Part shown: piece by piece, positions 24,551 to 32,423 of the stretch | Layout of the letters: the number at the start of each line of letters is the position of its first letter | Numbering within the stretch: position 1 is the first letter of the stretch | Virus record (IMG/VR): IMGVR_UViG_3300017998_000010 | Span: 1-64,000 of that record | Direction: 5' to 3' (one strand) | Source of the DNA: an uncultured virus (IMG/VR IMGVR_UViG_3300017998_000010) | Lineage: Duplodnaviria; Heunggongvirae; Uroviricota; Caudoviricetes | DNA length: 64,000 nucleotides | Notes under the pieces: model-generated | What the model was told of the DNA's origin: nothing | Database searches by the model: none | What the model saw: only the letters and a program-made list of their open reading frames with translations | Program-made: the position numbers and the translations under genes

Positions 24551-24568
24551 ATCATAACATTTAAATAC
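24551..24568 (+). promoter_or_regulatory. BRE-TATA promoter (class B, TAACA type) heading the basic-protein operon
   Basis: atcataacatttaaatac. Confidence 0.7.
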
Positions 24569-24638
24569 TACTGAACACAATACTATATTGATTAAATTGG
24601 GAAAGCGTTATGTAATTTACGTGAGGGTGAAAAAGTAA

Positions 24639-24830
24639 ATGCAAGATCATCCATTAACAGCCACATATAGACGTAAATTCTACAGATATGATTCCACTTT
24701 CAGAAAAAAACAAAACTCAGCACTTAGGGTAATAGAAATTATGGAATCTGGAAAATATCAAGCTATCGTTGCTGAACGCAAGACTGATGATGGTAAGTCT
24801 GTATTTGATGTATATAGGAGGAAAAAGTAA
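24639..24830 (+). CDS. Small basic protein, repeated-domain family member
   Basis: YRRKFYRY...A...G.YQAIV...VFDVYRRKK. Confidence 0.7.
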   Translation: MQDHPLTATYRRKFYRYDSTFRKKQNSALRVIEIMESGKYQAIVAERKTDDGKSVFDVYRRKK

Positions 24831-24832
24831 AA

Positions 24833-24997
24833 ATGCCAAAAGGTATGTTAGCAACACAACCAACAACTTTAAATAAGTTGTTTGTGCCAAAACAATCACC
24901 TGTTTTACAGGTAACTACCATAAAAAACAAACCCATACCAATTCCCAAAATAAAATCAGTAAAAAAGAAGGTTAAAAAAACAAGGAGAAAGAAGTAA
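24833..24997 (+). CDS. 54-aa basic protein with Lys/Arg tail (not in ORF track)
   Basis: MPKGML...KSVKKKVKKTRRKK; abuts both neighbours. Confidence 0.6.
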   Translation: MPKGMLATQPTTLNKLFVPKQSPVLQVTTIKNKPIPIPKIKSVKKKVKKTRRKK

Positions 24998-24999
24998 TA

Positions 25000-25086
25000 A
25001 TGAAAAATAGAGGAATGTCACGGAAGGGTGACAAAAGTAGGGCAAAGAAAGCTAGAAGAAGAAAAAAGCAGAGGATGTCTAAGTAA
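25000..25086 (+). CDS. 28-aa ultra-basic peptide (not in ORF track)
   Basis: MKNRGMSRKGDKSRAKKARRRKKQRMSK; fits exactly between two operon genes. Confidence 0.55.
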   Translation: MKNRGMSRKGDKSRAKKARRRKKQRMSK

Positions 25087-25087
25087 A

Positions 25088-25462
25088 ATGGTATTTATAT
25101 ATCAAACTGGTGGGAAGATTCCCAAAGAAGTAACCCATAACGGGTTAATTTACAGGCATGAATGGAACGCAAAGTCCATGTCAGATGCAAAGAGAATAGG
25201 TAAAGATCGCAAACTTTTCAAAGAGTCTATGATTTACATTAAGAAGATTCCATATGCTAGAGAAACAGTATATGCTATCTACATTCATCACTCAACTACA
25301 GATCGTATCCTCAAGGGTACACGATTTGAGATGGCTGGTTCAGCACCCCTAAAAACGCAAGCTGTCAAGATGGGTAAGGACATTTATGGAAGGGGTAACT
25401 ACAAGCTGATAAAACATCCACACGGATATGGTGTTTGGAGAAGGAAGAGAGGAAAAGACTAA
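25088..25462 (+). CDS. Basic protein with two copies of the repeated domain
   Basis: HNGLIYRH...A...VYAIYIH and LKGTRFEM...A...GYGVWRRKR; start moved to ATG 25088. Confidence 0.7.
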   Translation: MVFIYQTGGKIPKEVTHNGLIYRHEWNAKSMSDAKRIGKDRKLFKESMIYIKKIPYARETVYAIYIHHSTTDRILKGTRFEMAGSAPLKTQAVKMGKDIYGRGNYKLIKHPHGYGVWRRKRGKD

Positions 25463-25464
25463 AA

Positions 25465-25668
25465 ATGGTAACAAAGTATATTCGTAGAAAAGGTATTTCT
25501 ATAGATGCTGATTATAGATACTATCTAGGAAGTGAAGGTTTGTATGGTATTCTGTTTGGACATCGTTTGAAACCAGCACAGGCTCGGAAAGCTAACTATA
25601 TTTGGAAAACACTACTTGCACAAGAAGGTAAAAAGTCATACATTTCCAAAAACAGAAGAAAAAAGTAG
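25465..25668 (+). CDS. Small basic protein
   Basis: MVTKYIRRKG...KNRRKK. Confidence 0.6.
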   Translation: MVTKYIRRKGISIDADYRYYLGSEGLYGILFGHRLKPAQARKANYIWKTLLAQEGKKSYISKNRRKK

Positions 25669-25686
25669 GGTGAGGAAAAGACAAAA

Positions 25687-26199
25687 ATGGTAACAAAAAG
25701 AAGTCCACCACTTAGACACATTGTAAGCGGTTATAAGACAAAGAGTGGGAAAAAGATAAGCCCACACACCAGAGGTAGCTTTGGTATACGTATGGGTAGC
25801 TATAAAAAAATGGAGAAAAACCCACTATACTTAGACTCTAAAAAGACAAAGCGTATTGGTGGAAGTAAACCAATGCCCGGAGATGTAGTTAAGCCAATCA
25901 ATTCTCAGGATATGCTTGTTAGATCAACTTCATATGGCGTTATAGAGGGAGCAATTGGTAAAAGTAAATCAGAGTACATGGTAACATTCAACCCATCTCC
26001 TGCACCTTGGTGGGACAGGGGGTTTGTTCAATCTTCAGGTGGACCCGCCTTCTATATAAAAGCCTCAAGAATGAAACCAGCAGGATGGAAGAATCAGACT
26101 TTCCAATATTTCCCACATGGTTTCATGGGTGCTGGTCTTGCTAAAACAAAGACTGTGAAGGTAAAGGTTTGGAAAGTAAACTTAAGGGAAAAAAAGTAA
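25687..26199 (+). CDS. Basic protein with N-terminal H-x-V-x2-Y-K-x3-G-x6-RGS motif
   Basis: SPPLRHIVSGYKTKSGKKISPHTRGS; motif shared with the 36849 ORF. Confidence 0.65.
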   Translation: MVTKRSPPLRHIVSGYKTKSGKKISPHTRGSFGIRMGSYKKMEKNPLYLDSKKTKRIGGSKPMPGDVVKPINSQDMLVRSTSYGVIEGAIGKSKSEYMVTFNPSPAPWWDRGFVQSSGGPAFYIKASRMKPAGWKNQTFQYFPHGFMGAGLAKTKTVKVKVWKVNLREKK

Positions 26200-26200
26200 A

Positions 26201-26380
26201 ATGAAACTAGAGTCTAAATTTCCATATAAGGATTTTAATGGAAAGCCTTATAAGTTCCATGAAGCATATCCTACAAGGAAACTTGCAGAGAAAAGCGTAA
26301 AACATTTGCATGATTATGGAGATTTAGCACGTATTGTGGTTGAAGATCATAAATACGTAGTTTATTGGAGAGAAAAGTAA
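26201..26380 (+). CDS. 59-aa repeated-domain family member (not in ORF track)
   Basis: KDFNGKPYKF...TRKLAEKSVKHL...G.LARIV...YVVYWREK. Confidence 0.75.
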   Translation: MKLESKFPYKDFNGKPYKFHEAYPTRKLAEKSVKHLHDYGDLARIVVEDHKYVVYWREK

Positions 26381-26381
26381 A

Positions 26382-26501
26382 ATGGCAGAGATATTCAAAG
26401 CATTTGGAGATTCTGCTAAAAAAGGGTTTAGGATGGCATTTCCTAAGAAGAAAAAAACCAGAAAACGAAAGAGTAAGAAAAAAGTGGTAAAAAGTAAATG
26501 A
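26382..26501 (+). CDS. 39-aa Lys-rich peptide (not in ORF track)
   Basis: MAEIFKAFGDSAKKGFRMAFPKKKKTRKRKSKKKVVKSK; ATGA overlap with 26498. Confidence 0.6.
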   Translation: MAEIFKAFGDSAKKGFRMAFPKKKKTRKRKSKKKVVKSK

Positions 26502-26770
26502 CACACACAATTATTGCACGCGGTATGAAACTCGAAATTCCAGAATATATTATCTACAGAGGTAAACGTTATGAGGTTATGTCATCTCATAGCACATACA
26601 GACCACATGCTCTAGAATGGGCAGAGTCTGATAGAAAACGTGGGCACAAAACCATAGTAAAAACCTTCCCAACAAAGGAGAAGGGAATCAAGGTTTATGT
26701 ATTGTACAGGCACAGACCAACCAAGGTATATAACCAGAAAACTGGAAAAGCAGAATGGGAAAAGAGGTGA
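26498..26770 (+). CDS. Repeated-domain family member
   Basis: YRGKRYEV...HALEWAESDRKRGHKTIVK...VYVLYRHR. Confidence 0.7.
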   Translation: MTHTIIARGMKLEIPEYIIYRGKRYEVMSSHSTYRPHALEWAESDRKRGHKTIVKTFPTKEKGIKVYVLYRHRPTKVYNQKTGKAEWEKR

Positions 26771-26774
26771 AAAA

Positions 26775-26972
26775 ATGTCATATAAATTAGCGTATGTTTG
26801 GGAAACCAAAAAAGAAGCCGATGAACATGCAAAGAGTCTAAGAAAAACCAAGCATGGTGTTATGAAACATAAGACCTATGTTGGTATAAAGGTAAAGCGT
26901 ACCAAGAAAGGGTATGGTGTTTACTACAAGGAAACCAAAAACTACAATAAGTGGCTGAGGACGGGAAAATAA
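26775..26972 (+). CDS. Repeated-domain family member
   Basis: MSYKL...TKKEADEHAKSLR...VKRTKKGYGVYYK; GAGGTGA SD before ATG 26775. Confidence 0.7.
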   Translation: MSYKLAYVWETKKEADEHAKSLRKTKHGVMKHKTYVGIKVKRTKKGYGVYYKETKNYNKWLRTGK

Positions 26973-27160
26973 ATGATAGAAAAAATAAGAAAAATAGGTA
27001 AAAAGAATATTTTTTTTAATGGTAAAATGATAAAACGAACAGTTTATCAAGACCCTTATAATGGTAATATATGGATTGAATCTAAAGATGGTGGAATACA
27101 TTATGTTAAATGGGTTGGGGATTGTTATGAACCAACAGGACATGGTAGGGGTAAGAGGTA

Positions 27161-27400
27161 ATGTCCGAAACCAAATTAAATAAAAAGCTAGAAAAGGCAC
27201 AGCAATCTTCTGGTAAGAAGGGTGGTCGGGGAACGCACGGTTCAATTACCAAGGCGGGGAAAGTCAGAGATCAAACACCGAAAATAGCCAAGTCCAACCT
27301 CAAGAAACACTCTGGTCCGTTGAAGAAAAACAGGGAAAAGTATTTCAGGTTCACACACAAGCCGAAAGATACAAATACTAGAACAGAATATAAAATGTGA
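27161..27400 (+). CDS. rps30e: Ribosomal protein eS30 (S30e) homologue with basic N-terminal extension
   Basis: THGSITKAGKVRDQTPKI...P.KKNREKY matches the S30e signature HGSLxKAGKVRxQTPK...PR..NR..Y. Confidence 0.9.
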   Translation: MSETKLNKKLEKAQQSSGKKGGRGTHGSITKAGKVRDQTPKIAKSNLKKHSGPLKKNREKYFRFTHKPKDTNTRTEYKM

Positions 27401-28012
27401 TTGAAGATGCCTGAGTATTCTTTTTATAAGAATCACAAACTTGTAAAGGTAACATATGAAAATCTAGGCACTGCCCTCACATTAAAAAAGTTCAAAGACA
27501 TACCCAAGCATACACGTGTTGAAGCAAGGTATAATATCATAAAAGGTAGAAAACCATTCATCACAATACAGGTTGGTTATGGTACTGGTTGGTCAAGGGT
27601 CGATGGTCGTTGGCTTAACCTGATTGACAAAAATATGGATGGTTGGGAATTTCTCAGCCGAAAAACAAAAGGCTTATAAGCAACACAGATAGCTGTGTAT
27701 TTTGAGAGATATTGGTGGATCGTAAAATAAAATTTAAACCAAGTCTGCATGATGTTCATGCCTGTGAGTCATTAATGGATGCTCTTGGTGAAGTCGATGT
27801 GAATGTTGGTCAATTCTGGTATCAACCAGTCATTGAGATGCTTTCATATTTTAAACTTCCAGACAAACGCTGTTCTGAGTGTCACAAAAAAATGCCATTT
27901 ATGGATTATTATATCAAACAGGGCATGTGTGACGAGTGTGCAAGTAAATTCAGTTCCGATGAGAACTAGAAAAGTTTATAAGTAACCTGACATATACTTT
28001 ATTGGATAATGT

Positions 28013-28183
28013 ATGGGCAGAACTGGTCGAAAGTATGTTAAGGGAAAGGGAAGCAAACCTATCCAGTGTAAATATTGCATAGATGTCTTACAGGGAGAAA
28101 CCAGATATGGAAGACATATAGTAGCAAAGCATCCAGAGCATATTGAAGATTATATACAAGGAAGGGCACACTATGGTAAGTAA
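28013..28183 (+). CDS. C2H2 Zn-finger protein (not in ORF track)
   Basis: CKYC...YGRHIVAKHPEHIEDY; promoter actagaaaagtttataag at 27965. Confidence 0.75.
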   Translation: MGRTGRKYVKGKGSKPIQCKYCIDVLQGETRYGRHIVAKHPEHIEDYIQGRAHYGK

Positions 28184-28481
28184 AAAGGTTATGGGTTATA
28201 GTCGTTGTGGAATACCATGCGGTGAATGTTATGACAACTATGACAAGAAGTTAAAGCATGGTTGTGAGAGATACCCGCAAAAGATTACCAATCCAGATGG
28301 TGTGGATGATGAATATAGAATCAAGCAACGAGAAAAGTACAGACCAAAGAAACAACTATCACCAAAAAAGGTCTGCCCAAAGTGTGGGGCAAACATGGTG
28401 TATAAATCTGTCAAAGGATACCGATACACAAACAACTATTTCAAGTGCCCCAAGTGTCGTTGGTTGGAAAGAGTAAAGTAA
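28173..28481 (+). CDS. Cys-rich Zn-ribbon protein
   Basis: CGIPCGEC; CPKCG...CPKC. Confidence 0.6.
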   Translation: MVSKKVMGYSRCGIPCGECYDNYDKKLKHGCERYPQKITNPDGVDDEYRIKQREKYRPKKQLSPKKVCPKCGANMVYKSVKGYRYTNNYFKCPKCRWLERVK

Positions 28482-28500
28482 GTCAGTGGTGTGTTTTAAA

Positions 28501-28647
28501 ATGATATGGACAAAGGATAAAGAAGCCGATGTTTTGAGGCTACATGATGAAGGTTTCTCTGCGGCTGAGATTGCCAAGAAGCTGGACATACAAATTTATG
28601 AGGTGGATTTAAAGCTAGACGATTTTCATAAACTACATTCAAAATAA
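28501..28647 (+). CDS. 48-aa HTH protein (GcrA N-terminal-like; not in ORF track)
   Basis: MIWTKDKEADVLRLHDEGFSAAEIAKKL. Confidence 0.65.
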   Translation: MIWTKDKEADVLRLHDEGFSAAEIAKKLDIQIYEVDLKLDDFHKLHSK

Positions 28648-28690
28648 AGGCTTATGATAATTAAAATATAACTTTAAATTACTCGAAACG

Positions 28691-28733
28691 TGGAATACTC
28701 ATAAACATCTGGAATATTCATAAACATCTGGTA
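28691..28733. repeat. 19-bp tandem repeat, 2 copies plus a partial
   Basis: tggaatactcataaacatc / tggaatattcataaacatc / tggta. Confidence 0.85.
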
Positions 28734-28742
28734 TATAATTTT

Positions 28743-29231
28743 CTAAATTCGGATGCCCCGTCGGTTTATCCGAAATAGTTTTTGTGTTTTATCTTTTTCC
28801 TTTGGATCAAACACCACAATAACCGATGGAAATGGTGCTGGTGATTCACAATTTCCAAATGTCAGTCTACCCTCAACAAACCCAAGGCTTGTACATCTCA
28901 GACAATATTCTTGAAAATATTTTGTATCTGTTCTAGCAGGAATTAACAGGATAACAGTTGCATTATAAAGAGTATATTCATAATAACACTTACTTACCCA
29001 ACTCGATATATCTCCATAAGGTGGATTTACGAATACTATTTCATCTTTCCAATTCTGAATTAGACCATCATCTTCGATTGTGTAGAATTTTGGGCATTTT
29101 GCGTTCTCTTTTATGGCACATGGGTCTAGGGTAAAATGGTATTCTTTGTTCAGTCCATCATAGAAATCTTGGGGGGTTTCCCAGTTATCGGACTTCTTTG
29201 AGAACATTACATCTAAGGTATTCTTGTTCAT
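28743..29231 (-). CDS. Phage-type DNA N6-adenine methyltransferase (Dam family)
   Basis: DNWETPQ, FTLDPCA, VFVNPPY, LIPARTDT, GRLTF, APFPS. Confidence 0.92.
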   Translation of the reverse strand: MNKNTLDVMFSKKSDNWETPQDFYDGLNKEYHFTLDPCAIKENAKCPKFYTIEDDGLIQNWKDEIVFVNPPYGDISSWVSKCYYEYTLYNATVILLIPARTDTKYFQEYCLRCTSLGFVEGRLTFGNCESPAPFPSVIVVFDPKEKDKTQKLFRINRRGIRI

Positions 29232-29351
29232 TGGTATTATGTACTTTAGAAATGTTTATATATCTTTCGATCTATCACAAGTAGTTTTTTGATACTAGAA
29301 ATATTAAATATATCTTGAAAATGCTTTTTCTATTATATGAATTGGGAGTGA

Positions 29352-30320
29352 TTAAAAGTTGTGGCTGAAGTGTTGCCAATTAACTAAATCTTTAAGATCA
29401 ATAGGTCTGAGTTCCACCGACATTTTGGGTACTTGTAATACAATGGCGTATTTGGTCATAAGATCAGGTAGTTTTTCTGGATTATCACAACCCCCAACCT
29501 CAATTATCAGTATTTCATTACCTCTTGTAGCATAGATGTCTGGTGAGTATCTGTGTCCGTTTATTATAACAAATCTCTCACCTGTGGTAGACCAGCTTTG
29601 TACTTTCCAACCAAGCCTTTCAAGTTGGCTACTAATGAGGGCTATGGTGACTGTGTGTGGTGTATTTCCACCTTTGTTGTGGTCGGTTCGTAATTGTTGG
29701 GATTTACTCATTTTTATTATTGACTCTGGTGTGTGATGTTTACCGAACATGGGGGAGGTATTTCCTTTCATTGGAGAGGGTCTGCCTTTATTTTTTTCAC
29801 TTATTTTTTTTACAGTATTTGGTAATCTATGTTTACCATATTGGGGATGGTTCTCACCAGATGTAATGTCACTTAAATATTTTATAGTCTCTGGTGTGTG
29901 TTTCTTGCCATAAAATGGATTTTTCTCACCAGAAAATCTACCTTTCATATCCTTACTGTGTTGTATACACCACTCTGGTGTGCGTTTTTTACCCCACATA
30001 GGGTTATTCTTACCACTATGTTTGCCCCTTCCTCCTTCACTTTGTTTTTTTCTTGTAGCTTCTGATGGGTGTTTACCATAGTTAGGATTTAACGTCCCTT
30101 TTTTATCAAACATATGGTTTTTTTCACCTTTTTGTGCGTCACCTATTTTTTTCTTATGCTCTGGTGTTTGCGACTTACCATACACAGGGCTTAATATCCC
30201 AGACCTACCATACATTGGGTTTTTCTCACCAGATGCAACACCTCTACGTTTACGTGTTTCACTCATTTTTAATTTCTGCTCATCAGACATCTTCTCTCCT
30301 TTCTTCATAATTTCAATCAC
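29352..30320 (-). CDS. NUMOD3-repeat protein with C-terminal PD-(D/E)XK-like nuclease domain (homing-endonuclease-like)
   Basis: Repeated GEKNPMYGKxHT/SxE units; YSPDIYA...IIEVG. Confidence 0.8.
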   Translation of the reverse strand: MIEIMKKGEKMSDEQKLKMSETRKRRGVASGEKNPMYGRSGILSPVYGKSQTPEHKKKIGDAQKGEKNHMFDKKGTLNPNYGKHPSEATRKKQSEGGRGKHSGKNNPMWGKKRTPEWCIQHSKDMKGRFSGEKNPFYGKKHTPETIKYLSDITSGENHPQYGKHRLPNTVKKISEKNKGRPSPMKGNTSPMFGKHHTPESIIKMSKSQQLRTDHNKGGNTPHTVTIALISSQLERLGWKVQSWSTTGERFVIINGHRYSPDIYATRGNEILIIEVGGCDNPEKLPDLMTKYAIVLQVPKMSVELRPIDLKDLVNWQHFSHNF

Positions 30321-30388
30321 CCTACAGAGTGTAAAACTACTATATAAGTCTTACTATATCTTTTTTTATATGAAAGATTTCAACCTCA

Positions 30389-31099
30389 TCACTTAGGCAT
30401 ACGTTCAGGTGATGGTATCAAGTCATCTGCTGTTAGTTCCATGTAGTGATCAGGCATTGGGCTATCTTCTGCCCATCCAAAGAACTTACGTAATTTCTGG
30501 TTGTTATACTCATAATCCCTCAAAAGTTGACAGGCACGAATACTTCGTAATTCATGCGGGAACAGCCCACACCCTTCATCCAAATGATATGCCCAATCCT
30601 TCATAGGAACACCTTCTGGTAACTCCATCCCAATGGTACAAATTCTATAATAGATTTGGCTGTAAGTAAATGGAAATACCTGATCTTTTGGGTTTTCTAC
30701 TTGATCGACAAATTTTAAAAATTGTTTAGAGTATTTTTCATTCTTTGGGAACGCATAAGTTCTCCATCCCTCAATATGCTCAAATCTGTATAGCCTTCTC
30801 ATTCCATCATACATATATTTACCATCTTTATCAACTAATTGTATAGCCTTTTTTTGTTTCTCTAGTGGTTGTGACTTTATAAGAATCATTTCTTTACCTT
30901 TTTCTTTATAGGTATCCACATCTACCATTTGTTTAGTTAATTTGTTTAATTCATTACTTCTCGAACCTGTTTTTAAAAGCCCTATTAAAATTGCCTTTTG
31001 TTCCAAATTTTTACATTTATTGTAAATAGCATCAAACCACTCCCATCCTTTCCAGCCCCCAATATCCAGCCTGAACGTTTCTACACTTCTGTGATCCAT
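30389..31099 (-). CDS. Tyrosine recombinase, catalytic domain only
   Basis: TGSRSNEL (R), PHELRSIR (HxxR), FFGW, PDHY (Y). Confidence 0.88.
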   Translation of the reverse strand: MDHRSVETFRLDIGGWKGWEWFDAIYNKCKNLEQKAILIGLLKTGSRSNELNKLTKQMVDVDTYKEKGKEMILIKSQPLEKQKKAIQLVDKDGKYMYDGMRRLYRFEHIEGWRTYAFPKNEKYSKQFLKFVDQVENPKDQVFPFTYSQIYYRICTIGMELPEGVPMKDWAYHLDEGCGLFPHELRSIRACQLLRDYEYNNQKLRKFFGWAEDSPMPDHYMELTADDLIPSPERMPK

Positions 31100-31152
31100 G
31101 ATTATAACCCTGTATTATATACCAAATCGAGCCTTTTTATATGTTACGTAAA

Positions 31153-31181
31153 ATTTATGAGAGTTACCTACTCTCATAAAT
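31153..31181. repeat. Perfect 12-bp inverted repeat with 5-bp spacer; candidate recombination site or operator
   Basis: atttatgagagt-tacct-actctcataaat, directly upstream of the recombinase promoter (31133-31149, -). Confidence 0.8.
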
Positions 31182-31326
31182 ATACTGATATATAACCATA
31201 GTTTATGAGTATGCGATTGTCTTGTATGACAGGCTATATAATATAGTATATGCTGGCATCCTTTCTGTGAAAAAAACAAAAAACTAAAAATCTCCTGTAT
31301 TACAAAAATTTTTGGGATAGATCATT

Positions 31327-32421
31327 CTATTTTTCTTTTGGTTTGACTAAATAATTTAACATCTGCACCGTGTCCATCGTATCGGTATCTACATCCAGTT
31401 CTCTACACGCCTTTTTAACAAAATTGTCTGGAATCCCACTTCCCAGAAATTGGCGTATTATGGCAGACGCAGAGTTTATGTCTATGCGGTTTCTCTTGGT
31501 CTTTCTGAGCATAGTAGTATGTTCTTTCAATGTGGCAACTATATCAGAAAGCTGTGTCTTTTTCATTTGGGCTTCCCTTCTCTTCTCATTGGCGATCTCA
31601 GCCATCTCTGTCAGGAAGAATTTCTTTTTCCTCTCATATAAAGCTCTTATTGTTTGACATAATGGTGTATTTAGTTCTTCCCATCTGTTTCTAAGTTTCC
31701 ATTGTGGCTGTGCTACACCAGAGTATGGGCATTTTAAACACGAAGAGTGTTCACAGTATTCCGCACCCGGAAGTGTCATTTTCTCATCCTTGCTGATTGT
31801 TCGGGGATAAGGCTTCGTAGAAAAAGGTCCGGTTTGATATGAATACACTCTAGCTCTACCTCTTTTCATTAGATGTATTTTATGTGTTATGACCCACGAT
31901 CTTGCTATAACATCTAGAGTTGCCTCTGACAAACAGACTATGAAGATTATGAATCCCTTTGAACGAATAGCCTCAAGTTGCTTCATCAAGTCCTTCTGAA
32001 TGTCTGCATACCAGTCCCGGCTAGAGATCGCAAATTGACTTTCATCGACCACTATTACCCTGCCAATACCCAAAGGACTATCTGGACCAATCAGTTCCAT
32101 GAATTCATCTGGACCAAATGGAACTTGAACGTCTACATCGAACTTAGGGTCTAAAATTTCTGCAAGTCTCAGAGTGAAATAGGTTTTCCCTTTTCCACCA
32201 CCGCCTGTTACGACAACAATACAAGCCTCAATATTATCCCTTTTTTCCTGTAGCTCATCGAGCAAGAAAGTGCCATAACCCGAACCAAACTCAGCCCTGA
32301 CCCCATGCCAATTTGTCCAACGATTTGCACCCTTGTACCCCTTTGGTGGATCAACGAATTCATCACCACCAACTTTTCTTATTGTGGTTCTTTTAAAAAT
32401 TCTTTTAGATTTTGTACTCAT
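31327..32421 (-). CDS. P-loop ATPase, probably FtsK/HerA-like genome packaging/extrusion type
   Basis: Walker A VVTGGGGKGKT, Walker B VIVVDESQ, RSKG arginine-finger position; Cys cluster CEHSSCLKC. Confidence 0.75.
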   Translation of the reverse strand: MSTKSKRIFKRTTIRKVGGDEFVDPPKGYKGANRWTNWHGVRAEFGSGYGTFLLDELQEKRDNIEACIVVVTGGGGKGKTYFTLRLAEILDPKFDVDVQVPFGPDEFMELIGPDSPLGIGRVIVVDESQFAISSRDWYADIQKDLMKQLEAIRSKGFIIFIVCLSEATLDVIARSWVITHKIHLMKRGRARVYSYQTGPFSTKPYPRTISKDEKMTLPGAEYCEHSSCLKCPYSGVAQPQWKLRNRWEELNTPLCQTIRALYERKKKFFLTEMAEIANEKRREAQMKKTQLSDIVATLKEHTTMLRKTKRNRIDINSASAIIRQFLGSGIPDNFVKKACRELDVDTDTMDTVQMLNYLVKPKEK

Positions 32422-32423
32422 GT

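Noticed and set aside
29352..30320. GIY-YIG or HNH label for the NUMOD3 proteins, or intron-encoded status
   Set aside because: No GIY-YIG or HNH motif is visible, and flanking genes are intact rather than split
31327..32421. ATPase as terminase large subunit
   Set aside because: No recognisable RNase H-like nuclease domain and no portal or capsid neighbours
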